Positions 10,576 through 18,890 of a stretch of 56,684 nucleotides of DNA are shown here, piece by piece (within the stretch, counting starts at the first letter, position 1; every line of letters begins with the position of its first letter). Where the stretch lies: the IMG/VR virus record IMGVR_UViG_3300026518_000013, positions 1 through 56,684 of that record; one strand, written 5' to 3'. The notes under the pieces are model-generated. The model had not been told where the DNA came from and ran no database searches. It was given only the letters and a program-made list of their open reading frames with translations. Source of the stretch: a virus (Duplodnaviria; Caudoviricetes). Both the position numbers and the translations under genes were made by a program.

Positions 10576-11007
10576 TTAGGCGGGACTTGCAGAACCACCT
10601 GAAGAAACAGCAATATTACCTGTAATCTTAATTTTTACTTCCATTGTAATTGCTTCTGTACCCGTTATATTCAACGGACATTCCGTAACTAATCCTTCAA
10701 ATTCAACTGCAGTTTGGTCAACATCAGGTAAAACAATTTCATAGTTTTGTGTATCATCACTTTCAAAATCGGCTTTAAACATATCATACCCTTGACGGGT
10801 AAAATTCATATTCAAAGTCAAAGTACCACCATCTCGAAAACCAGCTATGAATCGTTTATACCCATCTACAGCATCCAAAGAAGTAGTTTCAATCACTTCC
10901 CTTGTAGGTTGAGGTCCTTGAATTGTTTTTACTTCTGCTATATCAGTCCAAGCGGAATTAACCCACTTTTTGAACTTTGTACCTACACCTGTTACTACAT
11001 CGCTCAT
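10576..11007 (-). CDS. Major tail tube protein
   Basis: IETTSLDAVDGYKRFIAGFRDGGTLTLNMNF motif; strong SD. Confidence 0.9.
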   Translation of the reverse strand: MSDVVTGVGTKFKKWVNSAWTDIAEVKTIQGPQPTREVIETTSLDAVDGYKRFIAGFRDGGTLTLNMNFTRQGYDMFKADFESDDTQNYEIVLPDVDQTAVEFEGLVTECPLNITGTEAITMEVKIKITGNIAVSSGGSASPA

Positions 11008-11010
11008 AGT

Positions 11011-11403
11011 TTACTCCTTGTTTATACTTATTATTTCATAATTTACAACAAATACAACTCTATTGTTTTGATCCCATTCCAAAAGAAACGGAAGACTTGT
11101 AGCCCGAATAGAATTGTACATCACACCGTTAACTTCAATATTCATTATTTTTGTTAACGTAAAAGAAATCGCCATTGCCAATTGATATCCCTCCAAATAC
11201 TTGTTATTTCTAACTTGTATTTGTATAGCAGGGGATTGAAAATCAGACTGGTTTAGCGTATAGTCCAGTTTACCCGGTGTATCAAAAATAGTTACGCAAT
11301 TATCAGGATGAACCGGGGTTCTACCAATAAACAAATTATTAGCAAAACTTAACCCCAAACTGGACTCATTAACCAACATATCTTTTATATCTTCACTTGT
11401 CAT
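11011..11403 (-). CDS. Tail terminator/completion protein
   Basis: PDNCVTIFDTPG...IQIQVR...DQNNRVVFVVNY; position. Confidence 0.75.
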   Translation of the reverse strand: MTSEDIKDMLVNESSLGLSFANNLFIGRTPVHPDNCVTIFDTPGKLDYTLNQSDFQSPAIQIQVRNNKYLEGYQLAMAISFTLTKIMNIEVNGVMYNSIRATSLPFLLEWDQNNRVVFVVNYEIISINKE

Positions 11404-11406
11404 TTT

Positions 11407-11775
11407 CTATATTTTTGCATCTTTCTCAATTATTTTTAACATTTTATTGTGATTTCTTTTCAAAGCAGCTTCAAACCATTTTGCACCTGCACCAGGACGC
11501 CGAAAATGAGCACCAACCATTTCATGAACATATACAGCATAATTAGCGGAAAAACCCATCACCAATCCTGGTCCTTTAGGCGTTTTAAAAGAACTTACAA
11601 ACCAACTTGCTCTTAATTTTCCGGTTTTACCTACTGGTATAAGGGGAGGTGTTTTATCCATATCATAACGAATTATACGGGCAGTTTCTTGCATAGCAGT
11701 AATAGATTTGAATTCTAACCCTTGTAAAGCGGCATGTAAATTTACATTTACTTCATCAATTCCTTTCAATTGCAT
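11407..11775 (-). CDS. Neck protein (HK97 gp10-like)
   Basis: PVGKTGKLRAS...ANYAVYVHE...AKWFE. Confidence 0.85.
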   Translation of the reverse strand: MQLKGIDEVNVNLHAALQGLEFKSITAMQETARIIRYDMDKTPPLIPVGKTGKLRASWFVSSFKTPKGPGLVMGFSANYAVYVHEMVGAHFRRPGAGAKWFEAALKRNHNKMLKIIEKDAKI

Positions 11776-11784
11776 AATTACCTC

Positions 11785-12162
11785 CTATACATATACATAC
11801 TTAACAAAAGCATTAGTAGCTTTGAATAATGGCGTTTTTTCAATGTTAATTATCCTGAAAGCATTTTCAACCTGTTTGGGGTCTTGCCAATTACTATTCA
11901 TAGCCTGTAAATCTGCCAATGAACCTAACCACAACCAACCACCTAAATCTAAATCATCCATAACTAAGATTTTGGCTTTACTTGTAACTTGTTCAGCATC
12001 TTTATTAACAACAATCTCCATTTTATCTTCCCAACGACAATTTATTTGTTTAATAATTGAAAATACTTCTCCACCATACCCATCCTTCATACCATCACCC
12101 CAGTAAACTGCAGATTGTACACAAATACTATTCAAAAACTTTAATATACCTGTTGTAGCCAT
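11785..12162 (-). CDS. Head closure protein
   Basis: QSAVYW...DGYGG...INCRWED; position. Confidence 0.7.
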   Translation of the reverse strand: MATTGILKFLNSICVQSAVYWGDGMKDGYGGEVFSIIKQINCRWEDKMEIVVNKDAEQVTSKAKILVMDDLDLGGWLWLGSLADLQAMNSNWQDPKQVENAFRIINIEKTPLFKATNAFVKYVYV

Positions 12163-12547
12163 AATTCAATCCATAATTAGGTGTTTTTATTGCCTTAGAA
12201 ATCAATCTTTTACCTTCTAATGTTCTCAAAATACCAGTTGTATCAATAACAAGTGCCATTTGTCCGTAAGGAGTTGAATCAAATCCTTTTCCCGATATAC
12301 CCATATAAGTTATTTCAGCACCGCCAGCACCTTCTTTTTGTGCCATCCTTTCCCGTAAAGATGCTAACAAATGAGCAGCAACATATTTTTCAACTTCTTC
12401 TTGAACTGTAATATCAACTGTTACATTAGCTTTAGCATAAGCATTAGTAACCAAAGTAGTAGCTGTATCAATAAAAGATTGAATACTTTTATCACTTGTT
12501 GTAATTGAGGAATCAAACAATAATCTTATATCATCCGGTGTAATCAT
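12128..12547 (-). CDS. Head-tail adaptor
   Basis: YVAAHLL...STPYGQMA motif. Confidence 0.75.
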   Translation of the reverse strand: MITPDDIRLLFDSSITTSDKSIQSFIDTATTLVTNAYAKANVTVDITVQEEVEKYVAAHLLASLRERMAQKEGAGGAEITYMGISGKGFDSTPYGQMALVIDTTGILRTLEGKRLISKAIKTPNYGLNYGYNRYIKVFE

Positions 12548-13204
12548 TTACTTTTCTCCTTTCCTGACTAACGGGTCAATAACATTGACAATATCCAAAT
12601 TCCATTTTAATCCTAACCAATTTAACATTTGATTAACTTGAGAATAATCACCTTCAACCATTCTTTCAGGCCAAACTATTTTTATATCTAAACCAGCCTG
12701 AATCATTTCTACCCAATCTTTTTCATACTGATGAACCAACCATAACCACCCTTCAGCTTCATTTTTCAGATTTAATCTTTCCAAATTTTCTTTATTTTTG
12801 AAAAGTTTCATATATCCCGTTTTTATACAGGAATTAATTATATCAGAAGTTTTACGTCTAACAATTACCCATTGAGCACTGGGGTACAATTGATTCCAAA
12901 TTTTCCAAGTAGGTGTTAATAATGAACTTTTTAGAAAAAGTTTTGATTTGTAATGACGTAAAAAACTAAAGTTATTTTCAACATTAATTGGAATAACGTT
13001 CAACTGAGGATACAATGTATTCTTTGAGTATTGACTAATCAAACCATTTAAAATATCATGAATTGCTTTACTTTCCAAAAGATTGTTAACTGGTTCTACC
13101 GTTTTTACCCCTACAATAGAAAAAATTCTTGCAATAAGGGCAACCCCGCTTCTTTCAGCCCCAGTTAATAAAATCGGTGTACTATTTTTTGTTTTTATGT
13201 TCAT
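12548..13204 (-). CDS. Sulfotransferase-fold protein
   Basis: PILLTGAERSGV resembles the GxxRSGT PAPS loop; YPSAQWVIVRR...IINS resembles the 3'-phosphate motif. Confidence 0.7.
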   Translation of the reverse strand: MNIKTKNSTPILLTGAERSGVALIARIFSIVGVKTVEPVNNLLESKAIHDILNGLISQYSKNTLYPQLNVIPINVENNFSFLRHYKSKLFLKSSLLTPTWKIWNQLYPSAQWVIVRRKTSDIINSCIKTGYMKLFKNKENLERLNLKNEAEGWLWLVHQYEKDWVEMIQAGLDIKIVWPERMVEGDYSQVNQMLNWLGLKWNLDIVNVIDPLVRKGEK

Positions 13205-13920
13205 AATACTTTATTCTGTTCAAAATATCTAAAATCTTGACCAACAATAGTTCTAAAATACTGCAAATTAGAATCAGGCATTCTACAGCCATCTCTATGC
13301 CCAATACCAATACCAGGGCGTCCAGGTAATCCTTTTATCCCAACTGAAAGAGGATGTCCATTAGTATAGAATAACTTTTTACTTGTATTCAACCCTTTCC
13401 ATATATTCATATCAATGAAACCAGTTGATTTTTCAACTAATTTCCTAATTTCTGATAATAATGTTATATCAAAGGCTGTTTGGAAAAGACTTGAATGTTT
13501 TGAATTAACATTCAATCTATACTTTCTTTGAGGTATGTTATAATACACCGTATTTGCCTCGCCAACCATCTTGTATTTTTTTAAATAATCCAGCATCTTT
13601 TCCAAATAAATTGATGAATAATAATCATCATCCTCAACTATGAATACTTTATCAATAACAAACAAACTAATTATGTCAAACGCCAATAACAAGTTTCTTT
13701 TTTGTGTATTCATTCCCGGCTTCCATTCAGGAACCGGATGACGTTTAACCACAATCCAATTCTTACCAAATGGTTCTTCAATAATATTTGAAGTTATTGG
13801 TATACAATCATCCACAATAATCCAAAGAACTTTTCCTCGATATGTTTGATTAAGCATCCATTGTTTGCATAACTTCAATTGTTTTGCTCTTCCACCCGTC
13901 AATGTAATTATCCCTACCAT
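13201..13920 (-). CDS. GT-A (GT2-like) glycosyltransferase
   Basis: IITLTGGR, WIIVDD, IVEDDDYY (DxD-type) motifs. Confidence 0.8.
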   Translation of the reverse strand: MVGIITLTGGRAKQLKLCKQWMLNQTYRGKVLWIIVDDCIPITSNIIEEPFGKNWIVVKRHPVPEWKPGMNTQKRNLLLAFDIISLFVIDKVFIVEDDDYYSSIYLEKMLDYLKKYKMVGEANTVYYNIPQRKYRLNVNSKHSSLFQTAFDITLLSEIRKLVEKSTGFIDMNIWKGLNTSKKLFYTNGHPLSVGIKGLPGRPGIGIGHRDGCRMPDSNLQYFRTIVGQDFRYFEQNKVL

Positions 13921-14626
13921 TTTTCCTTGTACTTAACTCATACATACGCTTAAAATCAATTTTTTCAAACACATTAATATTACTATAAGGATTAACGTTG
14001 TAAACGCTTACATCGCTTAATTTTGCTTCATCAGCAATCTTTTGAAAAGGCTTGATATGGATATTAAAAGGTAACACCCTTCTTGCCACTTGTTCATCAT
14101 GTTCCCTGCGATAAGCATTATGCCAATGTTGATGGTTCTGCTCATCTAAATTCATATCAAAACCTAAAAGAAAAATACGTTTTGCTCCCAAATGAACAGC
14201 TAAATCAATCGCGGCCGCACCAGAACTATTATTCCAACAAATCTTTGCAGGATTTGGTGAAATACCTGTAACATGATTTCTATCTTTATCGATATAAATA
14301 AAGTTATCATCCTTTGCAACAGTTGAACTACAAGTCATCACATAGTTTGGAAATGCTTCCAATTCTTTTCTGTATTTCAAACCAAAAGTCCTGTCGCCGA
14401 AAAACACAATATCAATCCAATTACCAAGTTTAAAAGCAATATTAACACCAATTACATTTTTGTTTCTAAGAAATGACATATATTCCGAAAAAATTGACAT
14501 TGGTTTTTGATAATTCCTTACAGCCAGTACAACCTCCTTTGGAATATCAAAAATTTTATTAATTGATGAACCACCACCAATAATCCAAACATCTTCACCT
14601 TGCCATATTTTCGGGATATATGTCAT
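13850..14626 (-). CDS. Maf/DUF115 (sialyltransferase-like) family protein
   Basis: IIGGGSS, IGVN, NSSGAAAIDLAVHLGAKRIFLLGFDM, VYNVNP. Confidence 0.7.
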   Translation of the reverse strand: MTYIPKIWQGEDVWIIGGGSSINKIFDIPKEVVLAVRNYQKPMSIFSEYMSFLRNKNVIGVNIAFKLGNWIDIVFFGDRTFGLKYRKELEAFPNYVMTCSSTVAKDDNFIYIDKDRNHVTGISPNPAKICWNNSSGAAAIDLAVHLGAKRIFLLGFDMNLDEQNHQHWHNAYRREHDEQVARRVLPFNIHIKPFQKIADEAKLSDVSVYNVNPYSNINVFEKIDFKRMYELSTRKNGRDNYIDGWKSKTIEVMQTMDA

Positions 14627-14646
14627 TACTTTCCCTTTTGAATTTA

Positions 14647-15066
14647 TTAGTTGTTGTTTAATTTTTTTTTATTCAAAATTTCGGCTAATGTTGAATTAGC
14701 TTCATCTTCCGGTAAAGCTTGTTTGTTTAAAACATTACCTTTAGAATCAACAATATCATACAAAATAGTGGAACTGGTTGAACTTTCCTCATTCTTAACT
14801 ATTTTGTATGTAACATCTTCTTTTTGTGTAACTTTTCCTTGGTCTTTTTTACCGGTGATATCTTTTTCAATTTTTTCAAATTCTTTCTTTACCGGTTCTT
14901 CAATCAATTCAAACAAATCACGAAAAGCTTCAGGAATTTTTTCAATATCTAACCAAAGGGTTTCTCCTGGCTTAATAATTTTGTTAGGTAAATGAAGACT
15001 CCCTCCACCTATTTTACGCCATTTCTTTTCACCAGGTTTTGGTTTATAAGTTTTTGTCCTTTCCAT
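14647..15066 (-). CDS. Lys/Glu-rich hypothetical protein after the capsid gene
   Basis: 139 aa ORF starting MERTK. Confidence 0.75.
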   Translation of the reverse strand: MERTKTYKPKPGEKKWRKIGGGSLHLPNKIIKPGETLWLDIEKIPEAFRDLFELIEEPVKKEFEKIEKDITGKKDQGKVTQKEDVTYKIVKNEESSTSSTILYDIVDSKGNVLNKQALPEDEANSTLAEILNKKKLNNN

Positions 15067-15086
15067 TTTTTTTTCAGATTAAAAAT

Positions 15087-15106
15087 AAAACACTTGATTA
15101 GTGTTT
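15087..15106 (-). terminator. Hairpin AAACACT-AATCA-AGTGTTT after the major capsid gene
   Basis: Same 18-mer core as 10547-10564. Confidence 0.6.
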
Positions 15107-15127
15107 CAACGTTATGAGAAAAATTAA

Positions 15128-16237
15128 TTAAGCCAAATGAACAATTCCAGTTTTTCCACTCTGATCAGAACGAATCTGCGGAACTTGAATGGTAATAACT
15201 TTGAAATGATTAACAAACTTGCCTTCAGTCTGCCATTGAATATTCTGAATAGGTAAACCACGTACCAAACGAACCACATCACTGGTCATCTGAACAAGTA
15301 ACACATTGTTTGCCGGCAAAGTATCAATAACTTTGATTCCTTTGATTCCAGAAATCTTTAAAATCCTTTCACGAATGGTCATGTTATTTGCCCCGGTTAC
15401 TGAATAATCTTCATCAATAATAGTTTCATATGCAGTAGGGATATATAACATCCAAGGACCATAATGCCAAGCATCAATACTTTTTTGTTTCATTTTCCGC
15501 ACATCTTCTACAATCTGTGCCGGCGTTTTACCTGACTCATCCCAAGCAACAGTCAATGGTACAGGTAATCTATCAGGATAATTAATATATGAAAAAATAG
15601 TATTTCTTCCTTTACTATCTTTTGCACCAAAGGAATACTTAGTATCAGTGAATAGCATTTGTTCAAGTTTTACCAAAACTTTACGTCCTGCCCTTTCCAC
15701 CATTGTAGTATCCAAAGGATTACCAAGTGCCCGACTGGCAGCCAAAACCCTTGCATTGATTTCATAATCTGCATGAATTATTGGAATTGGCAAATAATTG
15801 TGTGTATAAACCACCCGGTCATTTTTACCACGTGAAATACCATCCATGGTCAACTCGGCTTCCAAGGCATCACTAACATCATGCCATTCCAATACAGTGG
15901 TTCCCATTGCATTTCCAAGGTTATACACCAAACCATTTGCCACCAAATCAGCAACACCACCCAAACGGATTGTTGAAATTTGCTGCAAAGCCCGGTCTAA
16001 AGCAACCCATTCAAACCTTTCCAAAGTTGCCCCACCATCATGTACAATCAACTTGTAATGTTTTGGATTACTGGGGTCAGTACCTGTGAAAACAGAAATA
16101 TAAGATTTCCCTGTTTTCGGGTCATAGAAAGGACGCATCCTTTCAGGAGCAAGTTGTCCATTTGCAGAAAGCATTTGAGCCACTTCCCCATTTACACCAT
16201 TTCTTGTTATAACATCAACATTTACATTATGTTCCAT
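15128..16237 (-). CDS. Major capsid protein (HK97 fold, Linocin-M18/encapsulin-like)
   Basis: LPIPIIHADYEINARVLAASR, YGPWMLYIP; follows protease and decoration genes; strong SD. Confidence 0.9.
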   Translation of the reverse strand: MEHNVNVDVITRNGVNGEVAQMLSANGQLAPERMRPFYDPKTGKSYISVFTGTDPSNPKHYKLIVHDGGATLERFEWVALDRALQQISTIRLGGVADLVANGLVYNLGNAMGTTVLEWHDVSDALEAELTMDGISRGKNDRVVYTHNYLPIPIIHADYEINARVLAASRALGNPLDTTMVERAGRKVLVKLEQMLFTDTKYSFGAKDSKGRNTIFSYINYPDRLPVPLTVAWDESGKTPAQIVEDVRKMKQKSIDAWHYGPWMLYIPTAYETIIDEDYSVTGANNMTIRERILKISGIKGIKVIDTLPANNVLLVQMTSDVVRLVRGLPIQNIQWQTEGKFVNHFKVITIQVPQIRSDQSGKTGIVHLA

Positions 16238-16258
16238 TTTTCTTCTCCTTTCTTTTTT

Positions 16259-16684
16259 TTAGATTACGCGAATTTGAATACGTCCTGAATTAGATTCACC
16301 GGAAAGGTCAACATTTTCCATTGCCTGTCCAATAATCCAACCACCTGCACTTGCATTATATTTTTTCAAAGTACCATCTCCGGCACTAACCAAAAAATCA
16401 CCAACAACAACATTTTCACCTGATGCTAAAAATGCGTATACCATATCACCACGTGTAGGTAACCAAACTTGGGCAACATCATCAACAACATATTGGTCAT
16501 CAATGCCACCTCCCTGTAACTCATCTTCCAAGGCAAACATTAAACCTGCAGGACCACCTTCTACTGTATGCGGTTTAAGCTTGGCATTGGAATCAAATTC
16601 CAATAACATACCCGGTATAAAAGCAGTCCCTACCGTATGTTCTTCTTGTACACTCAAATAATCTTTAATTTTTACTGTATTCAT
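16259..16684 (-). CDS. Head decoration/cement protein
   Basis: Small Gly-rich beta protein (GDFLVSAGDGTLK) between the protease and MCP. Confidence 0.75.
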   Translation of the reverse strand: MNTVKIKDYLSVQEEHTVGTAFIPGMLLEFDSNAKLKPHTVEGGPAGLMFALEDELQGGGIDDQYVVDDVAQVWLPTRGDMVYAFLASGENVVVGDFLVSAGDGTLKKYNASAGGWIIGQAMENVDLSGESNSGRIQIRVI

Positions 16685-16721
16685 AATTTATTCCTTCCTT
16701 CATTTTTAATTGTTAATCATT

Positions 16722-18557
16722 TTATTTTTCATCTTTCTTATCAAAAGAATAACCCACTAACGGAAGTGGTTCTACTTCGGGTTCCTGATTAACTTCAGGT
16801 TCAGCAACATTATTGCCCAACAACGAAAAATCCAAACCTTCTCTTTTCTTATTAACAGAAATTGATTTCTGAAGTTTCTGCAATGTTTCAAAAGGCATGT
16901 TTTCTAATTCTTCTTTTGACCAAACATTTTCAGTATCAGCCAAAATAGAATTAACAGCCAAAGCTCTTTGAGACTTGTATAATCCCAATCCAAAACGCAT
17001 TTGTTCTTCAAATTCTTTGGGATTGCTTATACCCAAAGCTTTGTAAGCCTGTTCTTTTGAAATATTCACCTGCATAGGTTTTTTTTCAGGTTCCGGTTTC
17101 GGTTTAGGGTCCGGATTTTTCTTTTGAACAACAGGTTGTAGTTTTTCCAATGTTTCAACCTCTAATCCCATCAACCAATCTTTTTCAGCGTCTGTAAATT
17201 GAGTAAATTTATTGGCAATCAAACTACTAACCAATTCATCTTTGTTTTTCATACTTTTTTCTCCTTTCGTACTTTTGTTATTAATAATCCCTGATTTCTG
17301 CGTAACTATCGGGGTATATGTTACATTTCTTTTTACTTGTACCGGTGTCCCATCTAATACTATCTGAACATTATCATCATCTCCTTCAACATTGTATTTT
17401 TGGGAATAAAATTTACTTCCACCTGTTTCAGCATTTCTATTTTCATATATATACTCGTTTGGATACACTTCCAATAACAAATATATCTCATTTTCTGTAT
17501 CTAACGCATTAACTTTCGTTCTAATAGCATTAACAATATCCATATAATCTTTTTGAGCATTGATTTGTACTGTTGCGTAACCATCAATATTCATTAATTT
17601 TGCTTCTTCCAAAACTGTTGGAATTTTAAGTTTTGCATTGAATTCACTATTCAACAATCGATAAGCCCTTCTTCTTGCAGCACTTCTTTGTTCAGCACTT
17701 ATACCAGTTACCTGGGCACCACGTCCACTAATTACAGCCCTCAATGCATGTTCATTCAATTTACCTGTTTTGGGATTGACAACTGGTAACTTCAAATCAC
17801 CAAATGTTGGAGCAGTAGAAGACCCAACTAAGAAATGTGAAGCAATTCTTGCCTTTTCTGTTCTGTTTAATTGGTTCCAATTACCATTTACACCAAAATC
17901 AGACAAAGTTGGACTTCTCCAAACATCGCTTTCTTTGCCATTGTATTTCAATGCGTTAATAACTAAACTAACATTAACATTCATATTTTCTCCTTTCTTG
18001 TTTACCCGGATACCACAACCGTCTTCAATAGAACAAGCTCCTTTATCTTTCGATAACAAAGCCAAATGGTCCGGGCGATGATTTGTTGCAATTGCCGTAT
18101 AATGTTCACCATTCCAATCACCTTCTTGTGGTATTTCATCTGAAAAAACACCAACAGAAACTTCAATTATTTCACCAGCCCTAATCTTTGTTAATAATTC
18201 ATTATCAACATTAGAAAGTTTATCAGGATTTATCCAGGCTTCCGCTTTCAACTTATTATCAACAAATTGAGTATTAAAAACAAAACCAACTGCATTATCT
18301 TCCAATACTTCAGGAATATTTGCCGAAATATAGTTACCAAACGCATCTTTAGGATGATTAACCACTACTGGTCGGCCATCCCAACTTGCAGGAATCTTGC
18401 CCAACTCCTGGGCTGTGTGTAATAATGGTCCATGAGAACCATTATGAACACCTTCAACCATCATAACAACAGGAACAACAATGTAATCTTTTTCTTCAAA
18501 TTGTTTATTAATTCCCTGATAACTGGTAGTATTTCTATAAATATTTAGATTTTTCAT
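16722..18557 (-). CDS. Prohead protease (DUF2213-like) fused to an inserted domain and scaffold
   Basis: PVVVNHP, EVSVG, PDHLALL...GACSIEDGCG; internal SD-led Met at 17984 and 17252. Confidence 0.85.
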   Translation of the reverse strand: MKNLNIYRNTTSYQGINKQFEEKDYIVVPVVMMVEGVHNGSHGPLLHTAQELGKIPASWDGRPVVVNHPKDAFGNYISANIPEVLEDNAVGFVFNTQFVDNKLKAEAWINPDKLSNVDNELLTKIRAGEIIEVSVGVFSDEIPQEGDWNGEHYTAIATNHRPDHLALLSKDKGACSIEDGCGIRVNKKGENMNVNVSLVINALKYNGKESDVWRSPTLSDFGVNGNWNQLNRTEKARIASHFLVGSSTAPTFGDLKLPVVNPKTGKLNEHALRAVISGRGAQVTGISAEQRSAARRRAYRLLNSEFNAKLKIPTVLEEAKLMNIDGYATVQINAQKDYMDIVNAIRTKVNALDTENEIYLLLEVYPNEYIYENRNAETGGSKFYSQKYNVEGDDDNVQIVLDGTPVQVKRNVTYTPIVTQKSGIINNKSTKGEKSMKNKDELVSSLIANKFTQFTDAEKDWLMGLEVETLEKLQPVVQKKNPDPKPKPEPEKKPMQVNISKEQAYKALGISNPKEFEEQMRFGLGLYKSQRALAVNSILADTENVWSKEELENMPFETLQKLQKSISVNKKREGLDFSLLGNNVAEPEVNQEPEVEPLPLVGYSFDKKDEK

Positions 18558-18662
18558 TATAACTCATTTAATTTACCGCAAATTTGCGGTAAATTTGATT
18601 ACAATACACCATTGTTTTTATACAAACTAACTTAATATTGAAAAACAAAAACAATTTTAACT

Positions 18663-18872
18663 TTATTTTTTCTTTAATCGATACATAGGTATATGAGCCA
18701 TTTTTCGAGCTTCTTTTAATTTACCAGCCTTTATTAATCTACCATAAACAAAAGGGTCAGCACTGGCCAAATCAGCTCCAATGTTAAATACCATTTTTCC
18801 TGAAGAATCTTGTTCTTCTACAGGTACTTTTTCATATTGTACCTTTTTCTCTGGTTGTTTTGTTCGTTGCAT
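18663..18872 (-). CDS. Small hypothetical protein downstream of MuF
   Basis: 69 aa ORF starting MQRTKQ. Confidence 0.65.
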   Translation of the reverse strand: MQRTKQPEKKVQYEKVPVEEQDSSGKMVFNIGADLASADPFVYGRLIKAGKLKEARKMAHIPMYRLKKK

Positions 18873-18890
18873 AATTTCTTAAATTTATTT

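Noticed and set aside
15128-16237. Encapsulin nanocompartment or bacteriocin
   Set aside because: It sits in a canonical portal-protease-decoration-capsid order, so it is the major capsid protein
18855-18872. MQRTKQ as histone H3 (ARTKQ) mimicry
   Set aside because: The host is bacterial and similarity stops after five residues; kept only as part of the RTK-tag finding
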